Assembly (NCBI RefSeq): GCF_040938485.1
Contig: NW_027270976.1
Span: 1,302,001-1,366,000 of the forward strand
From: Diadema antillarum
Taxonomy: Eukaryota
DNA length: 64,000 bases
Direction of reading: 5' to 3'
The notes beneath the pieces were generated by a model, which was given only the letters and a program-made list of their open reading frames with translations, was not told the origin of the DNA and searched no databases. This document shows positions 52,100 to 62,952 of this stretch, in pieces (position 1 is the stretch's first letter; every line of letters starts with the position of its first letter). The position numbers and the translations under genes were made by a program.

Positions 52100-53119
52100 G
52101 ACTATTGGAAACTTTCCTGAAATAGATGTGTTTTAAGCAGATTTTTTTAAGCTGTTGATTGATGATGTATGTGTGATTGAGGAAGAGAGGTTATTCCAGA
52201 GTCTTGGTGCAACACTAACAAAAGCACAGTCTGTAAAACTGGGTTGTTTTTATGGTGAGAAGTTCGCTGAGATAAGTGGGAGCCAAACCATGAATAACTT
52301 TGTATGTAATAAGAAGTAGCTTAAACTTAATTCTCTGACGTACTGGGAGCCCGTGCAATTCATATGTGACCGTGCACCTCAAAACGAACATAAAGTCGCA
52401 CACACTGATTTTGTGTGAGGACTGAAAATAAGTGAAATAGGTCAACCTAGCCAAACTTGACTTTTTAATATTTTCTGAAAGAGCGGGTCTTCTTTTACAT
52501 TATGCTAAAATTTGGTATCATAAAACGGGAAGGATAGTGTGTTTTTTCAGCAGATTTTCTCGAACATTTTTGATAGAATAGTGTGATTATGTGTGTCTTT
52601 AGAATCCCTTTTTCATTTCTGAAAAACCTTGTCCACACTCTTCACTTTCAACTCTAATTACTTATGAAAGGATAATGCTACTGCTTTGAAAGTTGGCATC
52701 AATTAGGACAGAATGTGTTAATGAGGCATGTTTAATTTCAGTTTAATCTGATAATCCCTTCATTGTTGTTACTCTGGTGGTTTACTTAATGTTTTTTGTC
52801 CCATTCATCGCACAGCCAGCACGGTTTGGTAAAGATTAAGCGCTTGAATAGACACTGTACTTCAGAGCCTCTTTTCTCAGTTCACACTTTTCCTGAGTTT
52901 GTGCTTTCTTTCCAATATTTAGATAGGTTAGGAGAGTCCATTTGATTTGAGTTATACGTCATTTTAAAGCTTAAAGTCTGCTCTTTCAGAATATGGTCTT
53001 AACTAAAAATTCATGTCTGGCGACTTTTTGTTTGTTTTGAGGTGCAGGGTCACATATAGTAATGGACTTACATGGGAAAATTTAGAAGAGTTGCAAATGA
53101 GTCTCGCACATGCATTTTG
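52100..53119 (-). mobile_element. L2/CR1-group LINE 3' fragment, split by a TIR element at 52362-53057
   Basis: After removing the insert, the minus strand reads QNACARLICNSSKFSHVSPLLYELHGLPVRQRIKFKLLLITYKVIHGLAPTYLSELL, then after frameshifts AFVSVAPRLWNNL and LKTHLF. These match the L2 ORF2 C-terminal motifs LHWLP...FK...GLAP.YL and AP.LWN.LP...LKT.LF. Confidence 0.9.
52362..53057. mobile_element. ~700-bp TIR element (ATAT|GTGACC...GGTCAC|ATAT), superfamily unassigned
   Basis: About 38-bp TIR atatgtgaccgtgcacctcaaaacgaacataaagtcgc / gcgactttttgtttgttttgaggtgcagggtcacatat. Excision leaving one ATAT restores the L2 reading frame. The TSD may be ATAT, or TA with TGTGACC ends. Confidence 0.85.
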
Positions 53120-53343
53120 TACATGTAACTTACAACACATACCCTAGAAAGAATATGTGGTGCACCGTTCAGCCTTCTACCACCCAACATTCTACCCCCA
53201 CAGAAACCTTGAAAGATTTAGTAGTAATGGTATTGGTGTGACAGTCATTTGTTAAATGAAATATCTATAAATATCAGGATATATTGCAGAATTATTGAAA
53301 TCACATTAGCACTTACCTGTGGTGATTTTTGTCTTTCTGTCAG

Positions 53344-53387
53344 ATCGAAGGCGCTACACGGTGGAGCCAGACGTCCTCCTAGAGCAA
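53344..53387 (+). CDS. WDR62/MAPKBP1: Exon 21 (phase 1-0): (D)RRRYTVEPDVLLEQ; alternative in-frame donor at 53414
   Basis: Acceptor tctttctgtcag, donor CAA|gtaaga; CpG-containing coding-like island; phases fit. Confidence 0.8.
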
Positions 53388-54238
53388 GTAAGACCATTTG
53401 CTAGTCGTTCTCGAGTAAGTACCTTTCTTTCAGATTTTTCCCACCACACCATGAAGAGCTCATGATCAAAAGCCATCTGATAACCAGTCGCATGTGATCC
53501 TCTGCTGCTTCATGACTCACAACTTACCCGTCACCATGGCTACATAGGAATAATACATCTAAATTCAAAGCATGGTGTGCATTTGATATATAGCCATCTG
53601 TATTTGGATGTAGTCATGGTTGGTTCATAACACAGTAAGTGCTGTGGCTGTGTGGCTGTTTAGTTTGGTAAACATTTGATCTGGTGTCATGTTTTTTGTT
53701 TTGTTGTAATGTAAGTTGTCATGTTGTGGTTTCCCCAGATAGCAGTACAAAAAGCTTAACACTACAATCACTCATATGTTGAGAAAGGAAGAGCATAACT
53801 AAGAAACTTCTGACCTTAGAATGAAATGATTTACTGGTGTAATTATAAAGCATGGAATATGTGCTTTAGATAGAAATCACCAGGTAATTCAGACATTCAT
53901 GAAAATGTTTTACAATATGTCAAATTTAAGTATCATTCATCTTTTCTTATACCTCATCACCTCTTCTTATACCTCATCACCTCACAGACCAAAAATGGTA
54001 TAATGCAGTATAATTTGCATTCAGTTCAGCAGAGAGCACTGAATGCATCTCTTGTATGCACTCAAATCCTGTCTACACACAAATGACAACTTAAACTTTC
54101 CCTAGCTCCACACAGCTCTGACTATTGGTGTGTATGGCTCTAAATCAAACAACTTGTATGTATGAATGCAGAGAATTTGATAATGGTAAATGTCTCCCAG
54201 ACCACCTAATACACTGTCTCCCTGTCACCTCACTGTAG

Positions 54239-54280
54239 ACCTTTTCCTTTATGGATAATGGATTCAGCCCAATGTTTCAG
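54239..54280 (+). CDS. Candidate 42-nt cassette exon (phase 0-0): TFSFMDNGFSPMFQ
   Basis: Long polypyrimidine acceptor ctgtctccctgtcacctcactgtag, donor CAG|gtatta, open in phase 0. No homology or transcript support. Confidence 0.4.
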
Positions 54281-57200
54281 GTATTACTCAAGATTTGATT
54301 GCAAGCAGCTTTCTGCGCCAAACTACGATCTAATTTGCCAAACAAAAACTTTTCTTCAAATCTCATTTTGTCCTTTGCTTCCACTTCTCCTGCTACCTTG
54401 CTTTACAAAGAGACGCCTTGTCCAAAAAATGTTCAGTTTGAAGACAGTAGGTATACTTTCATTGATACTTTGTGCACAGTTGAAGTGAAAATTATTGCTG
54501 TACAGCAGAATACTATCCTTCTATCTTCAGTGTGAACTCTCTCTCATGATTTTCTACCAAATCAAGTTCTGATTCTAGAGATATTTTCCAGCCTCCTACT
54601 CTACAAACTGTCAACCTTTTCACTGTTCCTGAGTTTCCAGCTCCACTCTGTCATCTTCTTTCAGCCCATTCCTGCTTCTCTTTTTTTCTTCTATGGAATC
54701 ATAAATTTTGTGTGTTTTCCTCGTGGAGTGCTGTGAGGTACCAGTTTTCAAAAGCACATCAAGTATGAAGTACAATCTAGCACAAGCCCTCTCCCAAGCA
54801 CCCTATTCTAATGCCTTTCTCGTCAATGATATCTGTGGTTTTTTTTCCTGCCAAAAGCACAAATCCCTCAGAAAACGATGGCAAGGTCGCGTGGCAAGTA
54901 TCAGCAATTAATGCAAATTCTCTAAAAAGCTCTCTGAAAACCTTAACCACCTAATCACAAATTTCTCCAAATATATACCTTTTAACAGGCTTTTGCAAGG
55001 CATTCTACAGTCCTCAAACAAAATACTTATATTGTGTGTTGGAATTGTATGGGGTTACTATTAAAAGAAAGCTCTAGCAGTATCTATTTCTCAATCATTA
55101 TTAAACCCCTGCATGTGCCTTTAATTGCCTTCTTCGTGCAACAACTAAATGTAAACATCTGTGTCTAACCCAAGAAAATCAATTTTAAAAGTATTACGTT
55201 TCAGAAATACTAACATTCATCATTACCAAATCAAAAAGTAATTTGATTTGAAATGTTTGTAATAGTATTAGATATTATATGAAGAAATTTGTGAAAAGCT
55301 ACAACTTCCTTTAACAGTTTAAGAATTTTGCCTTCTTTCTAGCATTCAAGATGTATGCCTTGCTTGTTTTAAACTCACTGTAGAATCGTGCAAGATATAG
55401 GAAGCAAATGTTCTCAATTCTCATTGTAACAGCTGCTAAATATATGTGTTTGTTAGAGGTAATTGTGTTGGTTTGAGACGAGTGCTCAAAATGACTCTGT
55501 ATATCATAATTGGTGCCATGGAAAATTGGCCTTGCTGCTTTCAGTCCTGAATAATTCATATGATGAAAAGTGGCTTGTAATACATTCTGTTGATAGTAAA
55601 AGAGACATGTGAAAAGTATGAAGTAGGTTTAGGAAACTAAATTGACCTTTGATAAGAATGTTTTACTGTAGAACACATTTAGATATATTGACTAGCCATG
55701 TAGTTTGCATTTCATATAAACTGTGTGAGATAAAATGACTAGAGGAATGTTTCCTCTGTGCAAAGAAATGGAACAATTTCTTTTCAAACCCAAACTTGTG
55801 CTATACCTAATTTATCTGGATAATATTACATGAGTGATGGGATTGTGAATGTTGCTGGATGTCATATGATGAACAGCAAAACACTGAATGTTTGATCTCC
55901 TATAATGTGACTGACACACATGTTTTTGATGGATTTTCTAGTACTTATATACTAGTATTGGTAAACTTGCTGTGGACATCATTGCTAATTCTCTAACAGT
56001 AAGATAGGGTCACTTGCACTGTCACAACATCAATCACAAGTTTGAGTAACATGCACTTAATTAATGTTTTACATGTTGTAGGTTTCTGTGCAACAACTTA
56101 TGTCAGTTGTCTTATGTAAGACAGACACCAGAAATGTGATCTGTTATATGTACTGTGTATGTGTCAGTTTCCCCTCAAAGTTAATCTCATGTGACTTGTT
56201 TGAGCGCAAGAACATCCTACGTGCACTGGGAGCCATGGAATGATGCAGTGACAGAAAGCCTCCCCACAACATCCATGCTGCATTGATTAGTCACATCATC
56301 ATTCACAGCAGTCCACTTTCTGCGTGTTGATAATTGCATGTTCTAATTATCATAATGTCGTAATTATTATAATCCTATTGCAGAGCATTACTAGTAACTG
56401 ATACCATCTGTAAGTGATATCAACATTGAGATTTTAATTCCAAGATGATTGATTTGATAAGAATACTGGCACCATTCATTTCAGTAATGTGAGAGATAAC
56501 CTGACATTTTCACTTGAAGTGCAAAAGATCCTCCCCTTTATTCTTAAATACAGAACTATTCCAATAAAAAAGTGCAGTGACCTCTCATGATAGCTTTCTT
56601 ATTGAGAGCAGCTGAGTTTGTAATGGCATTCTGTTTTCATGAAGTTATATTTGAACATGCTTGGGTTTTTTGTTGTTGTTGGTGGTTTTTTGTTTTTGTT
56701 TTTGTTTTGGGGGGGTTTTGTTGCTATGATTTGAATCTTGAAGAACCAATTTCATATCATCTAATTTTCACCACTTTATGAATGCATATCTGATTTTGAA
56801 GAGTGAATAAATCATAATTACTTTGTGATCATTTTATTTATGTAATAATTTTCAAACTTTGAGTGTTCTGAATGTTGTTTGCTAACATGACAACTTAATT
56901 TGTACATTTATTAACAAAGAATAAATATTTCATTTATGACTAATATTCTTATTATGATGGTCAGTTCTCAATATGAAATATGAATTTAATGATTACAATT
57001 TATGTATTCATTACAAAGCCCAATTCGAAAATGTGTACATTTAGTATTCTCAAATGTGACATTACATAATGTTAACTATAACTGCTTATGTCATTAATGC
57101 TGATGAAGATTTTGATATGTCAAGATAATGTAGAAACTACACTATAATGTAGATTATGGTATCTCTTTACTAATCGACCAACTGCTTCTATGCTGACAAA

Positions 57201-57737
57201 GTTTGCTTAAACAGATTTAACCATTCTGTCTGCATTTGATTCTTATTCTTGGAAGACTTTTCTGTTTGCAGCTTCACATGTTGATAAATGTCAAAGCAAC
57301 CATAGATAATGTGTTGATAATAGTTTGACTTAGGGAGATGATTTTCTTGTTTCTACCGGAGTATCTTTTTTTTAATGCAAATTTTGATGTGTTGTGACAA
57401 TTTTTGATAAACTGACATTCTACAAGCATTGATAACCTTGGGCAGCATTTGTGAACGACTCACATTCTTGTGAGAACGTTAAGGAATTCCTTTGCTATTG
57501 TATCATTTCATTTATGAATACCATTGTTTGATTTCTGAGTGTTTTATAATGATTTGCCATTCACACCAACTATAGTTTATAATCAAAATGAAACTATCTG
57601 AAAAAAAAAAAGAGAACGTTATTACTTGTCAGGTAAGTGTGACATACATTTGTGTAGATATCATGGATTTGTTAGTATGTACATACTTTTTTTTTGTGAA
57701 AACTTAATGTTAGTTTGATTTGATTTTTCTTCCTCAG

Positions 57738-57767
57738 GGTCCATTTGCTGGGATGGATGCTGAAGAG
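57738..57767 (+). CDS. Candidate 30-nt microexon (phase 0-0): GPFAGMDAEE
   Basis: Strong acceptor atttttcttcctcag, strong donor GAG|gtgaga, GC-richer than its flanks, frame-neutral. Confidence 0.6.
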
Positions 57768-58545
57768 GTGAGAATATCAAGTAATCATTCTTCTTGATGT
57801 GAACAGTGCTGAGGGGTGATATTTCATCTGTTCCAAAACTAAGTCATGATAGTCAATGAATCTATATACCTGGTGAAATTATTCTGTTTTGTCATTTTGT
57901 GTAGATTTCAGGAAAATAAGCAACTAAGGGTACTTGCATATCTTTCATATTTCTCCGTGCAAAAAAAAAAGGCTCATGTGATACTAATGAAATAGATGAT
58001 AAATTCTCTATTTCCATGTTGAACTTTTTAAATAAGAAGTAAGAAATGCTTCAAGGGCCTTGTAATGAATAATATTACTTAACAGAGTACTAACTGATAC
58101 ACTAAAGTCAGAAAGAGCATTGATGACCTTTTACCTCTTAAAACTATACGTTGTCAGATATCAGTGATAGTGATAGTGGTATGCCATTGCAACTCTTTTA
58201 AGTCAATACCTGTTCTGATGCAAACTACTCCATTAGGAGTGTCCATGCTATCATTTCAGCTAAATAGAAGTAAGAGAGCTGATTCTAACTCTCACAATAA
58301 CTCTCACAGACTATATGCTTGTAAGTGTTTATAACATAGGTTTAACCTGTTTCTTGGTTAGCAGGAATGTTTTCTACTCTTTCATTTATCAGGACGTTGG
58401 AAAGAGAACCAAAGTCTTTCCCATTTCTAAGCTATTCTGAAAATATGTCAAAGTCTGTTTATATCTATTTCTATGTTTCTATGTTTGTGTGTGTGTTGAA
58501 TAGATTGCCAAGATTTGTGGTGATGAGTTTGTTCCTGCCTCCCAG

Positions 58546-58590
58546 AAGTTTGGCCTGCAAGCACAAGATCAGTTTGATGGTGATGAAAAG
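58546..58590 (+). CDS. Candidate cassette exon (phase 0-0): KFGLQAQDQFDGDEK (45 nt), or 87 nt from an upstream in-frame acceptor at 58504 (adds IAKICGDEFVPASQ)
   Basis: Acceptors gttcctgcctcccag and gtgttgaatag share one open phase-0 frame; donor AAG|gtagag; read-through stops 8 codons later. Confidence 0.45.
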
Positions 58591-58869
58591 GTAGAGAATG
58601 AAGAGCTCATTGTTTGACAGTGCATCTCCTAGTCAGTGTGATATCATAGAAGCAATGACGTGCCAAAGATCATGACTATACCAAGGCACTATCTCATACA
58701 AAATCACTTTCCTTTTTTCTCTTGTGATGCAGTCTAGACAATTGAGCACTGCTAATTGCTAAGATCTCTGCTCTCATGTCAGTTATTACAAAATTGATTA
58801 CTTGACTATTACAATTCACTGTATCTTGTATGCCCTGCGTGTTGTATGTCAACCTTGCGTTTTTACAGT

Positions 58870-59259
58870 TTAAAGGGATAGTACAGTATTGGTGGAGATG
58901 AGAATTGGGCTTTTAACTTTTTGCGAGATACCAAGAAAACACTCATGATATAGTACAGAGCATGCCATTTTAAGAGGAATTCAAAGTTTATTTGATGAAA
59001 ATCGGGTTTGGGATGACTGAAACATCCAAAAACAAAGTAAAACAAAGCGATGGTAATAAAGTGTGGGTCCCACACTTTATTACAAATGTTCTTTATTGGA
59101 TATCTCAGCCATTTAAAAACCAATTTTCATGAAATAAATGTTGAATTCCTCATAGAATTACATGCTCTTTCATATTTTGTAAGAGGTTTCTCATTATCTC
59201 ACCCAAAAATGTTAGAAACCTGAAATTAGGTCTCAACCGAAACTGTACCATCCCTTTAA
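58870..59259 (+). mobile_element. Kolobok/T2-like palindromic MITE (~390 bp), family copy B
   Basis: TTAA|AGGGATAGTACAGT...ACTGTACCATCCCT|TTAA; central gtgtggg-t-cccacac hairpin. Confidence 0.82.
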
Positions 59260-59519
59260 TGCACCTGTAAGCATTAGTGTACAGAAGGATTCAAAATTTA
59301 CTTATGTTTGATTTGTATCAGAAGTGGCTTCGATCTGCTGATTATTTCACCAATACAGGAACACACAGTGCCCACTGAATGATAGCAGAATGTGTCATTT
59401 TGTTGTGGTTTGGAAAATTAAGATATAGGGTATTCCTTTGCATTTTACTGTCAAGACTCATAAAATGTAACCTTACAATGTAGAATGGACGAGCTCTTTT
59501 TATTGTACCTCACAAACAG

Positions 59520-59764
59520 ATGACAGGCTTTGTGACCACCGCTAGGGGAAGTGACCCATTTGTCCCACCAATGTCCCTAAGAGCTCAAGGTGCCACCGTC
59601 ACCGATGGCAACCATGATGCGGGAGATGGGGCTGTTGTGGAGGACATTGAAGGAGATGATGAGGAAGATGAGGAGGAGGAAGAAGAAGAGAAGGATGATG
59701 ATGCAGAGGAGAAGCAGATTATCTTTTACCCACCAGAGGAGGAGGCATCATCCTCACCAGAGAG
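59520..59764 (+). CDS. WDR62/MAPKBP1: Exon 22 (phase 0-2): MTGFVTTARGSDPFVPP...EGDDEEDEEEEEEEKDDDAEEKQIIFYPPEEEASSSPE(S)
   Basis: Acceptor cacaaacag, donor AG|gtatta; acidic tract followed by IIFYPP, recalling the vertebrate acidic + I(L)YP region. Confidence 0.87.
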
Positions 59765-60241
59765 GTATTAACCCCCTACAGAATGATGCTGATAGCTCTA
59801 TCGTGGAGAATTCTTTACTTGATTAAAGAATCCCATGTGTGAAGTGTTACAGTAATTATAGTAGCAAGTCATTTCCACAAAATATACTTAACATTTTATA
59901 GTTAAATTTGTGTGCATGTATTTATCTGTACAGGAAGACATTGATTACGGAGATTTATTGGATGTGCAGGAAGTTTGCTTTTAGATTTGAAGTTTTAATT
60001 TCTCACAATTTCCATAGACATGAGATCAATTCGCAGCCTTTAAAATCTGCAAGTTCTGGTATATGTGACTTGTATATGATTGTAGGTTTCAGTAAATGCA
60101 GAAATGCTCACAATTGTAATGTGTGATATATGCAGGAGTGCTCCATCCTTTGTTTGTTGGGAGGGGGGGGGGGAAGGGAGAAAAGAGGTTTGTTGCTTTA
60201 TTGTAATCCTCACCTGACTTTTTCTTCCCTTCACTATCAAG

Positions 60242-60393
60242 CTTGAAATTCCAAGTGACAGAGTCTACACAGAGTCATGAGGAACTGGCCAAGCGACATA
60301 GCAGACACCGGTCAAAAGATGGCAGCAGAGAGAATTTAGCAAGTTTGAGAGATGAGAAGAAAGACGAAGGAACACACACAGACACCAGTACTA
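60242..60393 (+). CDS. WDR62/MAPKBP1: Exon 23 (phase 2-1): LKFQVTESTQSHEELAKRHSRHRSKDGSRENLASLRDEKKDEGTHTDTST(S)
   Basis: Polypyrimidine acceptor ending ctatcaag, donor A|gtgagt; FQV motif; phases fit. Confidence 0.87.
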
Positions 60394-60872
60394 GTGAGTA
60401 CCTGTCTTATCATAGGAGTGGAGTGTTATTTACTTGTGAATACATATCAAGACTACCAGTATTTACCAATAACCAGCACAGGTAGAGTGAAATAATCAAG
60501 CTTTCTTTGACTTTTCAATTGTTCATTATTTATGTGTATAACCTGATTCTGTGGCTTACTGGTATATTGATTGATTCATGGATTTATGTACCAGTATACA
60601 AGTTCTTTGGCTTGTATTTATTTGATTTATGGATTCATGTATGCAAGTTTTTGATGTTTTGTATTTCATAGTTTATGTAATCTACCACATAGAAAGTCAT
60701 CAATTGGTGTGTAAAGAGACGTTGAATTACATTTCTGCCGAGAAATGTGTTTTCGTTGCGAGTTGCAACTTCAAATAGAATGTACTTTTGTGATATGTGT
60801 AAAAAATATTACAGTATATCAACAAAAGCCTGGATCAGACACTCAGCTTGTTATACTTTAAACCATATCCAG

Positions 60873-61047
60873 GCAATACCGAGGATGATCGGGGGGAAGA
60901 TGAAAGTGATGAGGATGATGAGGAGGACGAGGAGGAGGTTGAGAACATCACCCCATCGGGGTCTCCAACTCGCAAGCTTCATCCCATGGAACCTCCATCA
61001 CCAACCACCACACCAGACGAAGAGAAGTTTCTTCACACTAACTTCAG
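60873..61047 (+). CDS. WDR62/MAPKBP1: Exon 24 (phase 1-2): NTEDDRGEDESDEDDEEDEEEVENITPSGSPTRK...TPDEEKFLHTNF(S)
   Basis: Acceptor catatccag, donor AG|gtaaga; TPDEEKFL..NF resembles MAPKBP1 TPDQEQFLKQHF. Confidence 0.9.
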
Positions 61048-62179
61048 GTAAGAATTTCTTACTATTTTTTTTATGGGGGGGGGGGGAGGGGTGTGATTTC
61101 TTAGAGCCTATATTCTGTATTTACTGTGGAAGAACCTTCCACAAATCTTGTTGCAGAAATTGCTCTTTTTTTTAAAGAAAAAAGATGCTGACTGCAAAGT
61201 GAATCTATTTCACTTTCAGTCAAAATCTGCTCTGAGATTACTGAGGTTACTTGTATGTGTTCCCAGTGTGTGCTGAAGATGAGGAATGTATTGTGTGTTG
61301 CACAGTCCAGTGATATAGATTTGAGATGACAGCGTGTATACTGTGTGTACGGATTTGATCACTAATCTTGCATTTGTTAGAATTAACTCGTTCAGAAATC
61401 AGTTCACATGCATGACACTGTATTCAAAACATTTACTGGTATACAGGATTTGTTTTGTTGCATTACAATGTATTTGACTGACATTTACAGCATGTTTAGG
61501 CTGTTCTGTTTTGATTTGATGTGTTGCTCTTCCATTCAACGTTTCATATGATTTGGTCTAAGCTGATTAGCTCATGAAGAAAGTTGTAAAGATGTAAGAA
61601 AAAGTGGATGGCAGAAAACCAGTGCAGGCATTTTCCTTCTTTTTGTATCAAGCTTTAATGCTGTTTATTCAAGATGTGAATGACTAAGTGAATGCAATTC
61701 ATTTGAGAGCAAGATACAAACAATGGGGTTTGTTTGGAAAGAATCTGAAAGTTATGTCAACGCAGAGTGCTATAGAAGAAACATTACGTGTATTTCAGCT
61801 GACCCATAAGCCTTATATATCGGTGTTTAGTTTTTAATAACGTCTGTTGAATTCCAGAAACCCAGTTGAAATCCTGATAGTGCTGCGTTATCATAGGGTT
61901 GCTGAGTAAATGTTACACCCAAAATTCTGTGTATGCATTGTCTGTATTGTGTCTAATCAAGTGTAGTTTACATTGAGAAGGGAGTTTAGTCACAGCAATC
62001 GATAGATTTACTTTTGTGAGATGCTGGTAGCTGCCTATCACTTCACACACAGTTTTCTACCAGACCCAATGCCATCCACTCTACCTACCCCCTTCCCCCA
62101 TGTTCCACCAATTTTCCCTCCCTCAATCCCCCTGCCCTCAATTAATAATGGCCCCACCCACCCTCCATTTTGCATGTAG

Positions 62180-62338
62180 TTTTGCTGAAAAGGAGAAAAT
62201 TGGGGATTTCACGGAGCAGGAGAAGTTTGGCCGGTGTCTGGAGCAGTTGCAGTCCCGCTTTGCCTCGGCGGACGTCAGCTGCGGGAGACTGAGCATCTCC
62301 TCTCGATTCCTGTCACGATCTCAGCAATCGATCAGCAG
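62180..62338 (+). CDS. WDR62/MAPKBP1: Exon 25 (phase 2-2): FAEKEKIGDFTEQEKFGRCLEQLQSRFASADVSCGRLSISSRFLSRSQQSIS(R)
   Basis: Acceptor ttgcatgtag, donor AG|gtgact; family motif SIS.RFLS. No further exon recognised before the window end. Confidence 0.9.
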
Positions 62339-62859
62339 GTGACTAGCCTCAGCTCACGAGTCTCTCAGCAATTTTTTGCTTCCTCTCATTTTCTCTTGAT
62401 GTGACGTGAACTTAACGGCATGCTGGCAAGCCATTCCTGTGTGTTTCCCTTCGTAATCTACACAAGTTTTTTATTTTCCCAAATGAATATAGTCAACTTC
62501 TTATCAGGCATATCAAAAAGTTCTTGTAGCTTCTAGAAGAGACATGAGATGATAAAGAGTGATTGTATCCCAGTCAGTATGACGATGAGATTCTTTTCGA
62601 TATTCACCGGTTTTATAGGGATTGGTTATATTATATTTTTTTGCAACCATTCTTTAAGTTTTGTTTTGTCATGTGAATATATGCAATTTTGTTTTTACAA
62701 TGTATTTGAAGATCAAATATATAATTTCTGACTGTCATATAGTGCTACATATCCAATCATAGTCCTAACCAATGCACACCATACTAGCTTCTCTGTGTCA
62801 TTTGCTGGAATGATGTGGACTGTCAACAAGAGAGGAAATGTGATCTGTGTCTTTGATTA

Positions 62860-62952
62860 TTAACCCACTGAAGACCAGTCCCGAGTACACTTGGGCAGGT
62901 GTCTATGGGAAATGTGTGTTATAGCTAAATCAGTTCGTCCTCAACGGGTTAA
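62860..62952. mobile_element. piggyBac-like mini-MITE, copy 3
   Basis: TTAA|CCCACTGAAGAC...GTCCTCAACGGG|TTAA; same 93-bp span as copy 1. Confidence 0.8.

Larger units (their letters stand above)
553..62338 (+). other. WDR62/MAPKBP1: WDR62/MAPKBP1-family gene, partial (25 core exons in window; 5' start and 3' end outside window)
   Basis: The spliced translation follows the MAPKBP1/WDR62 WD40 sequence colinearly (LDRVLGLTV...YPAG; [10 protein letters not shown]; GRSGILGEQRNN; LLDKWVE; YNDHSLYMWD; EAHDSEVLCLEY; [11 protein letters not shown]; [11 protein letters not shown]; ISVSGDGCIFVW). All junctions are GT-AG and phase-compatible; total 3305 nt = 1101 codons + 2. Confidence 0.97.
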
